Of a stretch of 64,000 nucleotides of DNA, positions 37,709 to 47,017 are shown piece after piece. Below the pieces are notes generated by a model. That model did not search any database. It was not told the origin of the DNA and was given only the letters and a program-made list of their open reading frames with translations. The position numbers and the translations under genes were made by a program. Within the stretch, counting starts at the first letter, position 1. The number at the start of each line of letters is the position of its first letter. The stretch comes from Armatimonadota bacterium (GTDB lineage: Bacteria; Armatimonadota; SYMT01). The stretch spans positions 256,001 to 320,000 of the forward strand of contig JAWLHY010000010.1 in assembly GCA_041690135.1 (NCBI GenBank). The letters are read 5' to 3'.

Positions 37709-37780
37709 TTCCTGTCCCTTCCCTTTCGATGAAACTGTCATCCCGACGCTGCTGCCCGCGATCTACTTCGGGACACCAAT

Positions 37781-37835
37781 ATACCCACAGGGGGTATCCA
37801 TCTAGAGCATATACCCCCCGTAGGTATAAAGTCAA
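37781..37835 (-). promoter_or_regulatory. Promoter with two CsoR/RcnR-family-type operator boxes
   Basis: ATACCCACAGGGGGTAT (37781-97), ATACCCCCCGTAGGTAT (37811-27); minus-strand TTGACT-18-TATGCT. Confidence 0.75.
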
Positions 37836-37993
37836 CGGGTGGGGCTATGGGAGTGAAGCATTTCACAGGGAGGGCGAATCCCACCTGGTGCGTGATTTCT
37901 AATCGTGCACCGACTAGCGACCGCCGCGGACCTGCTATCGAACGCAGCGTCGATCGGTGCATTGTTGTGGGCACTTCTATCGAGGTGTAACTT

Positions 37994-38527
37994 ATGCCAC
38001 GACTGCCTCTTGGCGACAGCCGCTGGCGCGATCTTGCCTTCCGCACATGCGGGGATGCCGATGACCCGGACATCCCGGCAGAACTCGCCCAACTGCTGTC
38101 CGACCCTCAAGACCTGGAGAGGTTCCACGATCTCTGGCCCTACCTCTGCTCGGAAGGAACGACCTGGGAGGCAGCCTATGCGGCTGTGCCATGGATCGTG
38201 GAGATCGCCAGGCATTTGCCGCCGGACCAGCGTCCGGAGTACCTGGTCTTCGTCGGCCTCGCTGCCAGGTGCGAGTGCCCGGACAGAGGCGCCGGTTTCG
38301 TAGTGCGAGACTACCTGGCCGACGAGTATAAACGAGCGAAGGCGGAGGCCCTATCGCTTCTCGCCGCTACCCTGCTGCGCGAACACGACGCTGGGGAAAC
38401 CCGCTACCTTCTGGCTGCGGCAGCCGCGCTGAAGGGTTACCGAGAACTTGGGGACGTCATCGAATCCCTGGATTGTGGTACCATCTGCCCGGCTTGTGGG
38501 ACCGACATCGATTTGCTCGAGACGTGA
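37994..38527 (+). CDS. Hypothetical helical protein with C-terminal CxxC
   Basis: SD GAGGT; LCSEGTTWEAAYAAVPW, CPACG. Confidence 0.75.
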   Translation: MPRLPLGDSRWRDLAFRTCGDADDPDIPAELAQLLSDPQDLERFHDLWPYLCSEGTTWEAAYAAVPWIVEIARHLPPDQRPEYLVFVGLAARCECPDRGAGFVVRDYLADEYKRAKAEALSLLAATLLREHDAGETRYLLAAAAALKGYRELGDVIESLDCGTICPACGTDIDLLET

Positions 38528-38569
38528 TTGGCCGCTAATGCCCCTGTACCACTCTGATTGCTCATTTCC

Positions 38570-38932
38570 TTATCTTTGTCGCGCGAGCATCAGGCGGTAG
38601 GTCCATCTCCAGAGGTGGAACTGGCACTCCCGCCCCTCCGACCACGGCAGGGGCGCACCGGCCGCGGCGCCGGGGAGCGGCTCGCCCTGAAGAGGTCGCT
38701 GGTAGAAGCTGAACCAGGGGCCGCGCGGATATGGATAAGGAGCATTGTAGACCTCGGCCACGGCGATCCATCCGCCCACGCGCAACCCGCAGGGCACCAC
38801 CACCGGCAACAGGGGAACGACCAGGAGGCACAGCAGCAGGAAGGCCGCCACAAAGAGGGCCAGGCGGGTCCAGCGGGAAGCCCTGGTTCTCCTGACATTT
38901 GTGCTGGTGTCGACAGGGTGGTTCAGGGACAT
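38570..38932 (-). CDS. Possible small membrane-anchored protein
   Basis: Hydrophobic segment LALFVAAFLLLCLLVVPLL; start uncertain. Confidence 0.4.
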   Translation of the reverse strand: MSLNHPVDTSTNVRRTRASRWTRLALFVAAFLLLCLLVVPLLPVVVPCGLRVGGWIAVAEVYNAPYPYPRGPWFSFYQRPLQGEPLPGAAAGAPLPWSEGRECQFHLWRWTYRLMLARQR

Positions 38933-39027
38933 GGGATCGGTGGTCGTGCAGGATGAGCTTGAGACGTGATCCCCGTCTCGCGTGCCAGAGGTGAGTCCCG
39001 TGGCGGGAGAAGCACCTCGATCAGGAA

Positions 39028-39055
39028 CGTGAAACGTAAAACGTAATGCGTGAAG
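39028..39055. repeat. CGTNNNN heptamer run
   Basis: cgtgaaa cgtaaaa cgtaatg cgtgaag. Confidence 0.8.
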
Positions 39056-39163
39056 TCTGGGGCAGAGGTTGGGTCCGATTTCGCTGTTTCGGGGCGGCAT
39101 ACCGTTGGCAGCGAAGCGGGGGACGCCAGTGTTACTACGGAATAAAGCCAGGAGAGTGAGCCA

Positions 39164-39805
39164 TCAGCACGACGTCAACTTGAGGCGTTGGATGACCTCC
39201 GGATCTCCAGGCAGATAGACGTGCTCTTCCGGGGTGACCAGGTCGGGATAGCCGGGTGTGGCGAGGTGTTCCCGCTGCTCGGCCACGAAGGCGCTGATAT
39301 CCTGGATTTCCAGGACGGCGCGGCGGCCGTACTCCTCCAGCACCGGACCCCGCAGCCCGAGTTGGATGGCCCGCCGGGCGAGGGGTCCCCCTTTGGGGCT
39401 GTGGTCGGGATCCCACTGCAGCCGCACGCGGGATCGGCCGACCGCTCGCTTCCAGGCGGAATCGTCCGGGTACAGATCGCGGTCGGGGGTCGACGGGACG
39501 GCCTGCGCGAGGAGCGCCTCGAAGAAGTCGCGGCGCAGGCGGACTGCCAGGGTGATTTCCTGGTTTAGCTTGGTCCCCCACCCCGAACGATACATCATCC
39601 AGAGGAAGTTGGTCTTGATCCAGCTCATCCGCGTGTAGCTGAAGACGCCGCCGAAGTACCCGTGGGCGGCGGCAAACTCCCCGATGGCGGGCGAGTACGC
39701 CTGGTAGACGATCACCGAATCCGTGTCGAACTGGGCCAGGATATGCCGGCCCTCCGCCGGCCAGCGCGCACGTTGTTCCCGATAGTTCTGCAGCCGCAGG
39801 TTCAT
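39164..39805 (-). CDS. DUF4291 family protein
   Basis: IVYQAY, RMSWIKTNFLWMMYRSGWG, VRLQWDPD, RRAIQLGL. Confidence 0.92.
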   Translation of the reverse strand: MNLRLQNYREQRARWPAEGRHILAQFDTDSVIVYQAYSPAIGEFAAAHGYFGGVFSYTRMSWIKTNFLWMMYRSGWGTKLNQEITLAVRLRRDFFEALLAQAVPSTPDRDLYPDDSAWKRAVGRSRVRLQWDPDHSPKGGPLARRAIQLGLRGPVLEEYGRRAVLEIQDISAFVAEQREHLATPGYPDLVTPEEHVYLPGDPEVIQRLKLTSC

Positions 39806-39843
39806 ATCCGCTGTATCGCCTCGAAAGGTGGAACCATTCAACG

Positions 39844-40461
39844 ATGCTGGTCTACACCCGTCCCGAAGAAGAAGCTCCGGACTCGGAACCGTACGAGGCT
39901 TACCTGGAGCGAATCCGGTCCACGGACTTTCGACGCTCGCCCGACCTCCCGCGTTACTTCGTCCTGGACTTCTTTAACGACGGAGCCTTCGAGCGTTTCG
40001 ACTACGAGCCCCACGAGAACACGCTGGTACTGGAAATGGAGTCGGTCTACGCGCTCAACGACGTGTACGACCTCCGCGCCCGGCACGGACTGCCGCGGGT
40101 GATGCCGCACCGCTGTGAGGACTTCCGCTATGTCTGCACCTTTCGCGACGTGGCCTATCTCCAGGTGCGCCGCAAGCCGATGCAGATCGAGAAGGCCGAA
40201 ACCGGCGAAACGACCGAGATCATTCCCCGCGGCCGGTTTCCGGACGACTACCAGTACGGGCGGATTCTCAACTCCTCTTTGTGCCGTGAACTGGAGACGC
40301 AGGCCGGGATCCCGCTCTTCCACCTGCACTTCGTCACCGGCTGGGCGAAACAGGTGGACGTGATCTTCGGTAAAGTGTCGGTTCGAAAGTCGAACACCGT
40401 GAAATACGAAAGCTACACCGGCGGGAAGCGAGTCAAGCTAAGCCACGTGTTTCGTGGTTAG
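39844..40461 (+). CDS. Hypothetical protein
   Basis: 205-aa ORF with strong GC3 bias. Confidence 0.7.
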   Translation: MLVYTRPEEEAPDSEPYEAYLERIRSTDFRRSPDLPRYFVLDFFNDGAFERFDYEPHENTLVLEMESVYALNDVYDLRARHGLPRVMPHRCEDFRYVCTFRDVAYLQVRRKPMQIEKAETGETTEIIPRGRFPDDYQYGRILNSSLCRELETQAGIPLFHLHFVTGWAKQVDVIFGKVSVRKSNTVKYESYTGGKRVKLSHVFRG

Positions 40462-40778
40462 TCGGCGGTGAGAACGATCTGGCGGTAGTTGCGCATCGGT
40501 CTGAGCAGCAATTGCTGGGAATACCTATCGCACCCAACCAACACAGGTCTCGCCCAATATCCGAGCATATGGTAATCAGCCTGCCGCTGCGTGGGGCAGG
40601 AAACGCCTGTCCTTCTGTCGAACGGTCAGCCAGCCAACCTGGTAACCGTGTCGTCTATCGCCGGATGAGATTGGCGCCAATTGTATCTCCACTTTGCGGT
40701 TCTCTGCGCTCTTCGCGTCCCCGTTCGGGCCCGTATGGGTCTTGCGGTGAACTCCTTACCCGATCCCGATACTGAACC

Positions 40779-42302
40779 ATGCTAGCTATTGCCTCTTCTG
40801 CCGCTACCCTCGGCGTCGACGCCTACGTCGTGGATGTGGAAGTCGACGTCGCCCGCGGCGGGCTGTTCGCCTTCATCGTGGTCGGACTGCCGGACGCGGC
40901 CGTGAAGGAGAGCACCAGCCGGGTCCTGGTGGCGGTCCGCAGCCAGGGGTACCGCACCCCCAGCACGCGGATCCTGGTGAACCTGGCGCCGGCGGACGTG
41001 CGCAAGGAGGGTCCGGCGTTCGACCTCCCCATCGCCCTCGGGTTGCTGGGAGCCATGGGCGAGATCGAGCCGGAACCGCTAAAGGAGTTCCTGATCACGG
41101 GCGAGCTGTCGCTGGAGGGCACGCTGCGACCCGTCTCCGGCGTGCTGCCGATGGCGCTGGCGGCGCGGGACGCGGGGAAGCGCGGGATCATCCTGCCCGC
41201 GGAGAATGCGCGGGAGGCGGCGGTAGTGCGGGGCCTGGAGGTCTATCCGGTCAACTCCATCCGGGAAGCCATCGAGGTGCTGCAGGGCGGCGGGACCCGG
41301 TACACGCAGGAGGACGTGACCGCTACCCTGAACGACCCGGCCTGGGACATCGACTTCAACGACGTGCGCGGCCAGGAGCACGTGAAGCGGGCGATGGAAG
41401 TGGCGGCGGCGGGCGGGCACAACCTCCTGATGGTGGGCAGCCCCGGCTCCGGCAAGACGATGCTGGCGCGGCGGCTGGCGACCATCCTCCCGCCCCTCAC
41501 CTTCGACGAGGCGCTGGAGGTCACCAAGCTCTACAGCGTGACCGGCCAACTCGGCCGCGAGCGCTCCCTGATCACCCAGCGGCCGTTCCGGTCGCCGCAC
41601 CATACCGTGAGCGATGCGGGCCTCATCGGCGGCGGCAGCATCCCCCGCCCCGGCGAGATCAGCCTGGCGCACCACGGGGTCCTGTTCCTCGACGAGCTGC
41701 CGGAGTTCAAGCGAGAGGTACTGGAGGTCCTGCGCCAGCCGATGGAGGAGGGGTTCGTCACCATCGCCCGCGCCTCCGCCTCCCTGCGTTTCCCCGCCCG
41801 GTGCATCTTCTGCTCGGCGATGAATCCGTGCCCATGCGGGTTCAGGGGCGACTCGCTGCGGCAGTGCACCTGCTCCGAATATCAGATCAAGCGGTACATG
41901 GGCCGGATCTCGGGTCCCCTGCTGGACCGCATCGACATCCACATCGAGGTCCCCCGCCTGAACCAGGACGAACTGCGCGGCCCCGCCACGGGCGAGAGCA
42001 GCAAGACGATCCGGGTGCGGGTCCTCCACGCGCGCGAGATCCAGCAGCGGCGGTACGAGGGCAGCCCCATCTTCGTGAACGCAGCCATGAACGCGCGCCA
42101 GACCCGGACCTTCTGCCGCTTGGAAGGTCCCGCCGAGGACCTGCTGAAAGCCGCCGTCACCCGCCTGGCGCTGTCGGCCCGCGCCCACGACCGGGTGCTG
42201 CGACTCGCACGAACCATCGCAGACCTGGCCGGGGAGGACCGGGTCGGCGTGGGGCACATCGCGGAGGCGATCCAGTACCGTACGCTCGACAGGCAGGGGT
42301 GA
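40779..42302 (+). CDS. comM: YifB/ComM Mg-chelatase-like AAA+ ATPase
   Basis: [65 protein letters not shown]. Confidence 0.95.
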   Translation: MLAIASSAATLGVDAYVVDVEVDVARGGLFAFIVVGLPDAAVKESTSRVLVAVRSQGYRTPSTRILVNLAPADVRKEGPAFDLPIALGLLGAMGEIEPEPLKEFLITGELSLEGTLRPVSGVLPMALAARDAGKRGIILPAENAREAAVVRGLEVYPVNSIREAIEVLQGGGTRYTQEDVTATLNDPAWDIDFNDVRGQEHVKRAMEVAAAGGHNLLMVGSPGSGKTMLARRLATILPPLTFDEALEVTKLYSVTGQLGRERSLITQRPFRSPHHTVSDAGLIGGGSIPRPGEISLAHHGVLFLDELPEFKREVLEVLRQPMEEGFVTIARASASLRFPARCIFCSAMNPCPCGFRGDSLRQCTCSEYQIKRYMGRISGPLLDRIDIHIEVPRLNQDELRGPATGESSKTIRVRVLHAREIQQRRYEGSPIFVNAAMNARQTRTFCRLEGPAEDLLKAAVTRLALSARAHDRVLRLARTIADLAGEDRVGVGHIAEAIQYRTLDRQG

Positions 42303-42437
42303 TAACAGCCGAGCCGGGCACGCAGCGAGCTGTGATCGTGGCTCGGAAACGGCAGGCACGCCGGTTTGAGGGGGAATACGGTATACCTCTAATCGCGGGA
42401 GGGTCGGAACGCTTCCCTATTCCGGCATGGTTGACAG

Positions 42438-43202
42438 ATGGAAACACCCATATCCCCGAATGTAGCGGCAAGTTGGCGTGACCGGTGGCGCTTCATTCGC
42501 CGGCTCGTCGAGCGGATCTACCACGTGGAGTTGCGCCCTGTCGGCCCTACTCCCGCGGAGGTGCCGGACCTGGAAGCGAAGCTGGATGGCCGATCCCTCT
42601 CGCCTTCCGTGGTGGAGTGGATCTCCTTCAGCAAGGATCTGCGTGCCTGTTCGGAAACGGTGGTCTCAGATTACAGTCACTACAGCCTCCGGGTGGAAGA
42701 CTTTCCCGAGCACCAGTCGATCTCCCTGAACCAGTACTACGATTGCGCACGTTGGGCCGTTGCCTACCAGAACCTCGAACAGGAAGATCCGCCGGTGAGC
42801 ACTTACGGTTTCGTCCAGCGCCGCAAGGGCTTCGTTCTTCGTAAGACCTACGGTCAGGTACCGGTCACGGAGTATGCCCTTCACTGCGTGCTCAACCGGA
42901 CCCCTTGGTTAACGGGCTGGAGTTCTTACTCCTGGATGGAGGCAGAGCTCCAGGACCCGCGCGGTTTCGTGGACGAACTGCGCAACTCCCGGAACGCCCG
43001 CGTCAGCGCTCCGTTCGGGAGCGTCACCCTGGTGGAAGGAGCCGGCTGGCTGGCTTACGTCCTGGATGGCTACTCGCCCTTTGCCCGCCAGAAGATGGTC
43101 CGCCTTAATCTTCAGGAAGGCGTCCAGTTACCGGACATCCCCAGGCAACTCCGCGACCAGGTGCAACTCCAGCCATCTCACCTCCGCCCGCGGGAGAGTT
43201 AA
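42438..43202 (+). CDS. SUKH/SMI1-like hypothetical protein
   Basis: AEVPDLEAKLDGRSLSPSVVEW ... WAV..LEQEDPPV. Confidence 0.65.
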   Translation: METPISPNVAASWRDRWRFIRRLVERIYHVELRPVGPTPAEVPDLEAKLDGRSLSPSVVEWISFSKDLRACSETVVSDYSHYSLRVEDFPEHQSISLNQYYDCARWAVAYQNLEQEDPPVSTYGFVQRRKGFVLRKTYGQVPVTEYALHCVLNRTPWLTGWSSYSWMEAELQDPRGFVDELRNSRNARVSAPFGSVTLVEGAGWLAYVLDGYSPFARQKMVRLNLQEGVQLPDIPRQLRDQVQLQPSHLRPRES

Positions 43203-43259
43203 GAGACCGTTGCGTTGCTTCTCCGCAATGGGCAGGGACGTGAGGAGGCATGGCTACCG

Positions 43260-43551
43260 ACCACCCCTACGGCCGTTTCGTCCGGCTGATGACACGGTGA
43301 GCACCGACCTGATCGGCGGCGGGAGCGTCCCCGCCCCGCGGAGATCTGCCTGACACACCGTGGCGTGCTTTTCCTCGACGAGCTGCCGGAGTTCAAGCGG
43401 GAGGTGCTGGAGATCCTGCGCCAGCCGATGGAATAGGGGTTCGTCACCATCGCCCGCGCTTCCGCCTCCCTGCGGTTCCCGGCCCGGTGCATACTCTACT
43501 CGGCCATGAAACCTTGCCCCTGCGGTCATTAGCTCCGGTAAACCCTGCACC
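43260..43551 (+). pseudogene. comM: Degenerate internal fragment of comM
   Basis: Aligns to about 41570-41870; [21 protein letters not shown] with GAG>TAG and indels. Confidence 0.9.
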
Positions 43552-43625
43552 CTGGAGAGGAATTACGTGAGCCTCTGTGGGAGGTGAATTGGACAGGAAC
43601 AGCGGAGGCGTGTACTGTGACAGCC

Positions 43626-43955
43626 ATGGATATCTCCCGAAAGCCAGACCCGCACGTATGCCCACGGAAGTTCTGCTTCATGTGGCAAATGGGGGAAGGG
43701 ATTCTGCCAGAGACCCCGGAGCCGGTCTCCGTCGCGCAGGGATGCCGATGCCCCTGTGGCCTCTGCACCCGGCTGGACGCCGAACAGGGCGACCACGACT
43801 GGTACGAGCCCCACGAACCTAACTTGAGGCAAGCCGGGCTGCCCTGGTTCTATTTCATCCCGACGCCTGCCAAGCTCGTTCCCGATTTGCGGACAAGCTA
43901 CATCGAAGAGTCAGAGGCGCTCTGGGGAGAGGAGCACTGGCAGTCAACGAGGTAG
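43626..43955 (+). CDS. Small Cys-rich hypothetical protein
   Basis: CPRKFC, CRCPCGLC; start uncertain. Confidence 0.5.
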   Translation: MDISRKPDPHVCPRKFCFMWQMGEGILPETPEPVSVAQGCRCPCGLCTRLDAEQGDHDWYEPHEPNLRQAGLPWFYFIPTPAKLVPDLRTSYIEESEALWGEEHWQSTR

Positions 43956-44220
43956 CCGACGTTACCGCCAGGACGCAGAGAACCGCAGAGGGCCGCGAAG
44001 AGGGAACCGGAATGGGCCCGAAAAGCCCGCCGATGCGTGCGAGTTGACAAGTGGGTGATCGATCCGACCTGGATCGGGCATCATGACAGGCTGCATCCCT
44101 CCCTGATCAACGTCCCACCCAAAAACTAGCTGTCGCCATGCTATTCCACCACTGTGATAGTACGGCTGTGGTTGGTCCGGACAGGGATAGGACCTCTTGT
44201 CACAGGCGACAGACGGAAAT

Positions 44221-44850
44221 ATGGATCAAGACCTCCAGAAGATTCTGAAGTTCACCGTGGAACTCGACCGGCTCAAGGGCGTGTTGCGCAAGACCCGACC
44301 GGTAGGTCTGGATCGGTACGAGAATTCCGCGGAGCATAGCTGGCAGGTCTGCCTGCTGGCGGTGCTGCTGGCATCCCACGCCCGCCACCCCGTGGATGTG
44401 CCGCGCGTGATTGAGCTGCTCCTCGTTCACGACATCCCCGAGATCGAGGCCGGCGACCTGATTGTCTATCAAGCCGGCACGCCGGAAAGGTTCGCCGCCG
44501 AGCAGGAAGCGGCGCGCCGGATCTTTGGCCTCCTTCCGGAGCCGCAGGCGCAGTATTGCATGGCGCGCTGGCTCGAGTTTGAAGCTCGGGATACGGCAGA
44601 GGCGATCTTTGCTTATGCGATCGACCGGCTGATGCCCGTGCTGCACAACCTCCAGAGCGGCGGACAGAGCTGGAATGAGAACCGGGTGACGCTGGAAAAG
44701 ATTCTCTCGGTCAACGCCGCCATCGGCAACGCCATGCCTACCGTGTGGGAGGAGGTCCAGGCCGCTATTCTGAAGCTTGCCGCTACGGGGGCGTTCACCC
44801 CGCAGGAATCCCCTACTCCGCTCCTGGCGGCGCCTCCCGGTGATGACTAA
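44221..44850 (+). CDS. HD-domain hydrolase (YfbR/HDDC2-like)
   Basis: DRLKGVLRK, ENSAEHSW, LVHDIPE, DRLMP. Confidence 0.92.
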   Translation: MDQDLQKILKFTVELDRLKGVLRKTRPVGLDRYENSAEHSWQVCLLAVLLASHARHPVDVPRVIELLLVHDIPEIEAGDLIVYQAGTPERFAAEQEAARRIFGLLPEPQAQYCMARWLEFEARDTAEAIFAYAIDRLMPVLHNLQSGGQSWNENRVTLEKILSVNAAIGNAMPTVWEEVQAAILKLAATGAFTPQESPTPLLAAPPGDD

Positions 44851-44923
44851 CGACCTTGGCTGGGAGGGTATGTGCGCCCGGGGGAGCAGTAGACCCGCAA
44901 CCCAATCACGGAAAGGAGAACGT

Positions 44924-45544
44924 ATGAGCGTGGATTTTGCGGCACTTCGGGCGCAGATCCGCGATGCCGCGGAGAAAGCGTTTGCCGAGGTGCGGGAAAG
45001 CCATCCCGGTGAACAGTTCTACGCCTTCGCCCTCTACACAGATGACGGCGCCATGACCGTCGAACCGGCGGCCAACAGCGAAGAGGCCTACCAGCAGAAG
45101 ATCCGGCAGGCCGGCGCGACGAGCGCGTCCCAGCAGGCCTACTACCGGTGGGAAACCGCCGAGTGGGCCTATGAGGCGGTCGGTGGCAATCATTTCGACG
45201 GGGTCTACGACGCACTGAACGTGCCGGACCGCTACGGCGCCGGAGCGGTAGAGGCGACGGTAGAGCCGGAAGAGGACGAGAACCAGGAGGGGGACGAGGC
45301 ATTCGACGAAGGCGAGGAAGACGAGGAGTTTACTGCCTTCAAAGGCCGGCTCATCCAAACGATGACCGAGGCGCTGCGTGACCTGGACTCCGCCGGGTTC
45401 TTCGGCCAGGGTGACGAGCGCCGGAAGGTGACGCTCTTTGTGTCGATCAGCGACGCGGACCAGTCGACAGAGATCGAGAACGCGTCGGCCCGGAAGCTGA
45501 ACCCAGAAGCGGTGTACGAACCGTTTCTGCGACGGTATTCCTGA
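44924..45544 (+). CDS. DUF4303-like protein
   Basis: SD AAAGGAG; FYAFALYTD, ANSEE, RWETAEW, LDSAGFFG, ARKLNP. Confidence 0.85.
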   Translation: MSVDFAALRAQIRDAAEKAFAEVRESHPGEQFYAFALYTDDGAMTVEPAANSEEAYQQKIRQAGATSASQQAYYRWETAEWAYEAVGGNHFDGVYDALNVPDRYGAGAVEATVEPEEDENQEGDEAFDEGEEDEEFTAFKGRLIQTMTEALRDLDSAGFFGQGDERRKVTLFVSISDADQSTEIENASARKLNPEAVYEPFLRRYS

Positions 45545-45631
45545 TCGTCCCGTCCCGCCAGCCTGGAGAACCTCCGGGGAGGCTGCCGGACGGATGTGAT
45601 CATAACCGTCCCAAACAGGGGGAGGGTCGTT

Positions 45632-45855
45632 GTGACGGGAGAGCCGGAACGCATAACGCCCGAGGAGTGGGAGAGTTCCACGGATCTGCGCCGGATGCAC
45701 TGGGTGCAACAGGCTGTGAATGTAAGGAACTCCTGGAACACCTGCGGAATGACGAGCCCCATGTCCGGGGATGCTGGGCGCTCGAATTGATCCTGGCTAC
45801 CGAGTTTCCTCCGACTGCCGGTCCTCCTCTGCAAGAGGAGGCAGGAGCCGGGTGA
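45632..45855 (+). pseudogene. Internally deleted, frameshifted remnant of an HVRGCW-motif protein
   Basis: TPEEWESSTDLRRM in one frame joined to LLEHLRNDEPHVRGCWALELIL in another. Confidence 0.55.
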
Positions 45856-46756
45856 GCACCGCCTCGATCATTTCCCTTCGCACCAGGCCCTCCAGCCACG
45901 CGCCGGGAATGCCGCTTTCGCCCCAGCAGGCCCCGGCGAGTTGACCGCACACGGCGCCGGTGGTGTCCGCGTCGTTGCCCAGGTTCACCGCGCGGAGGAC
46001 CGCTTCCCGGAAGTCGGCGGCAGCGTGGAAGGCCCAGAGGGCGGCTTCCAGGCTATCCACCACGTATCCGGAGCCACGGATGGCGGGGGGCTCCTTCTCC
46101 CGGAAGCTGCCGCGGATCACTCCTTCCACGGCAGGATGCATGGGACCAAGGCGTTCCAGCATCGACCAGGATGGGGAGAGGACCTCTTCTCGGCTTTCCC
46201 CCTGGGCCAGGGCGGTCAGCACTACCGCCAGGTAGCGACAGGCCGAACGGCAGACCGGGAGCGCGTGGGTGGTCAGGCTCGATTGGTCCGCGCGCTCGGC
46301 CAGGATCTCCACCCGATCCGGGTAGAGGTCCGCGAAAGCAATGGACACCGGCGCGAGACGCATGATCGAGCCGTTACCGGCGGAGTACTCGTCGGTGTCC
46401 CCGGCGGTCCACGCGTCGCCGGACTGCTTGAACCGCTGGAGCGCAGTGTTGGTGGTCACGCCGATGTCGAAGCAGCGGTCGATGACGGAGTAGGCCCCCG
46501 CGTCGCGCCACTGCAGGTAGCGGCGCATCTGGTCGTTCAGGTCCCACCCCGCAATGGCGATGCTGTCGGCCAGGGCCAGCGCCATGGAGGTGTCGTCGGT
46601 CCAGCCGCCCGGAGGAATGGGATGCGGGCCGTGCCGGTAGCCCGTGACCGGCGTGAAACTCCCCCACGGCCGGAACTCCACGGCCGCTCCCAGGGCGTCC
46701 CCCACCGCCAGGCCGACCAGCATCCCCCGCAACCGATCGATTCGCTCGTCCGCCAT
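45797..46756 (-). CDS. ADP-ribosylglycohydrolase
   Basis: GLAVGDALG, WTDDT, GNGSIMRLAP, THA, NLGNDADTTGAVCGQLAGA. Confidence 0.95.
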   Translation of the reverse strand: MADERIDRLRGMLVGLAVGDALGAAVEFRPWGSFTPVTGYRHGPHPIPPGGWTDDTSMALALADSIAIAGWDLNDQMRRYLQWRDAGAYSVIDRCFDIGVTTNTALQRFKQSGDAWTAGDTDEYSAGNGSIMRLAPVSIAFADLYPDRVEILAERADQSSLTTHALPVCRSACRYLAVVLTALAQGESREEVLSPSWSMLERLGPMHPAVEGVIRGSFREKEPPAIRGSGYVVDSLEAALWAFHAAADFREAVLRAVNLGNDADTTGAVCGQLAGACWGESGIPGAWLEGLVRREMIEAVLTRLLPPLAEEDRQSEETR

Positions 46757-47017
46757 GCTCTCCCCCCCCTGTATTGGTTCACTACGCGGTAGCCCATTCG
46801 ACGGAGCAACTGCCCATCCCGGGATCAACGCACCAACTCGTAGGGTCAACGCTGCGACCTTCATCCTGCAAACGTTCAACATCAATATGGGGCAGACACC
46901 CGGGATTGAGCTTGAAATGGGTCCGATGCACCATGATCAGCGGTTGGGTCCGGGGTACCCGGCGGGATGTGCTCCAGACCCGCGATGTATAAGCGGATGG
47001 GGTTAGCTACCGGCCAG

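Noticed and set aside
23924-39890. Shared GAAGAAGCTCCGGA at about 23928 and about 39868
   Set aside because: Short match encoding EEAP in unrelated genes; probably chance.
40779-43551. DGR-like template/variable repeat pair (comM vs its fragment)
   Set aside because: Differences are not adenine-specific, include indels, and no reverse transcriptase is present.
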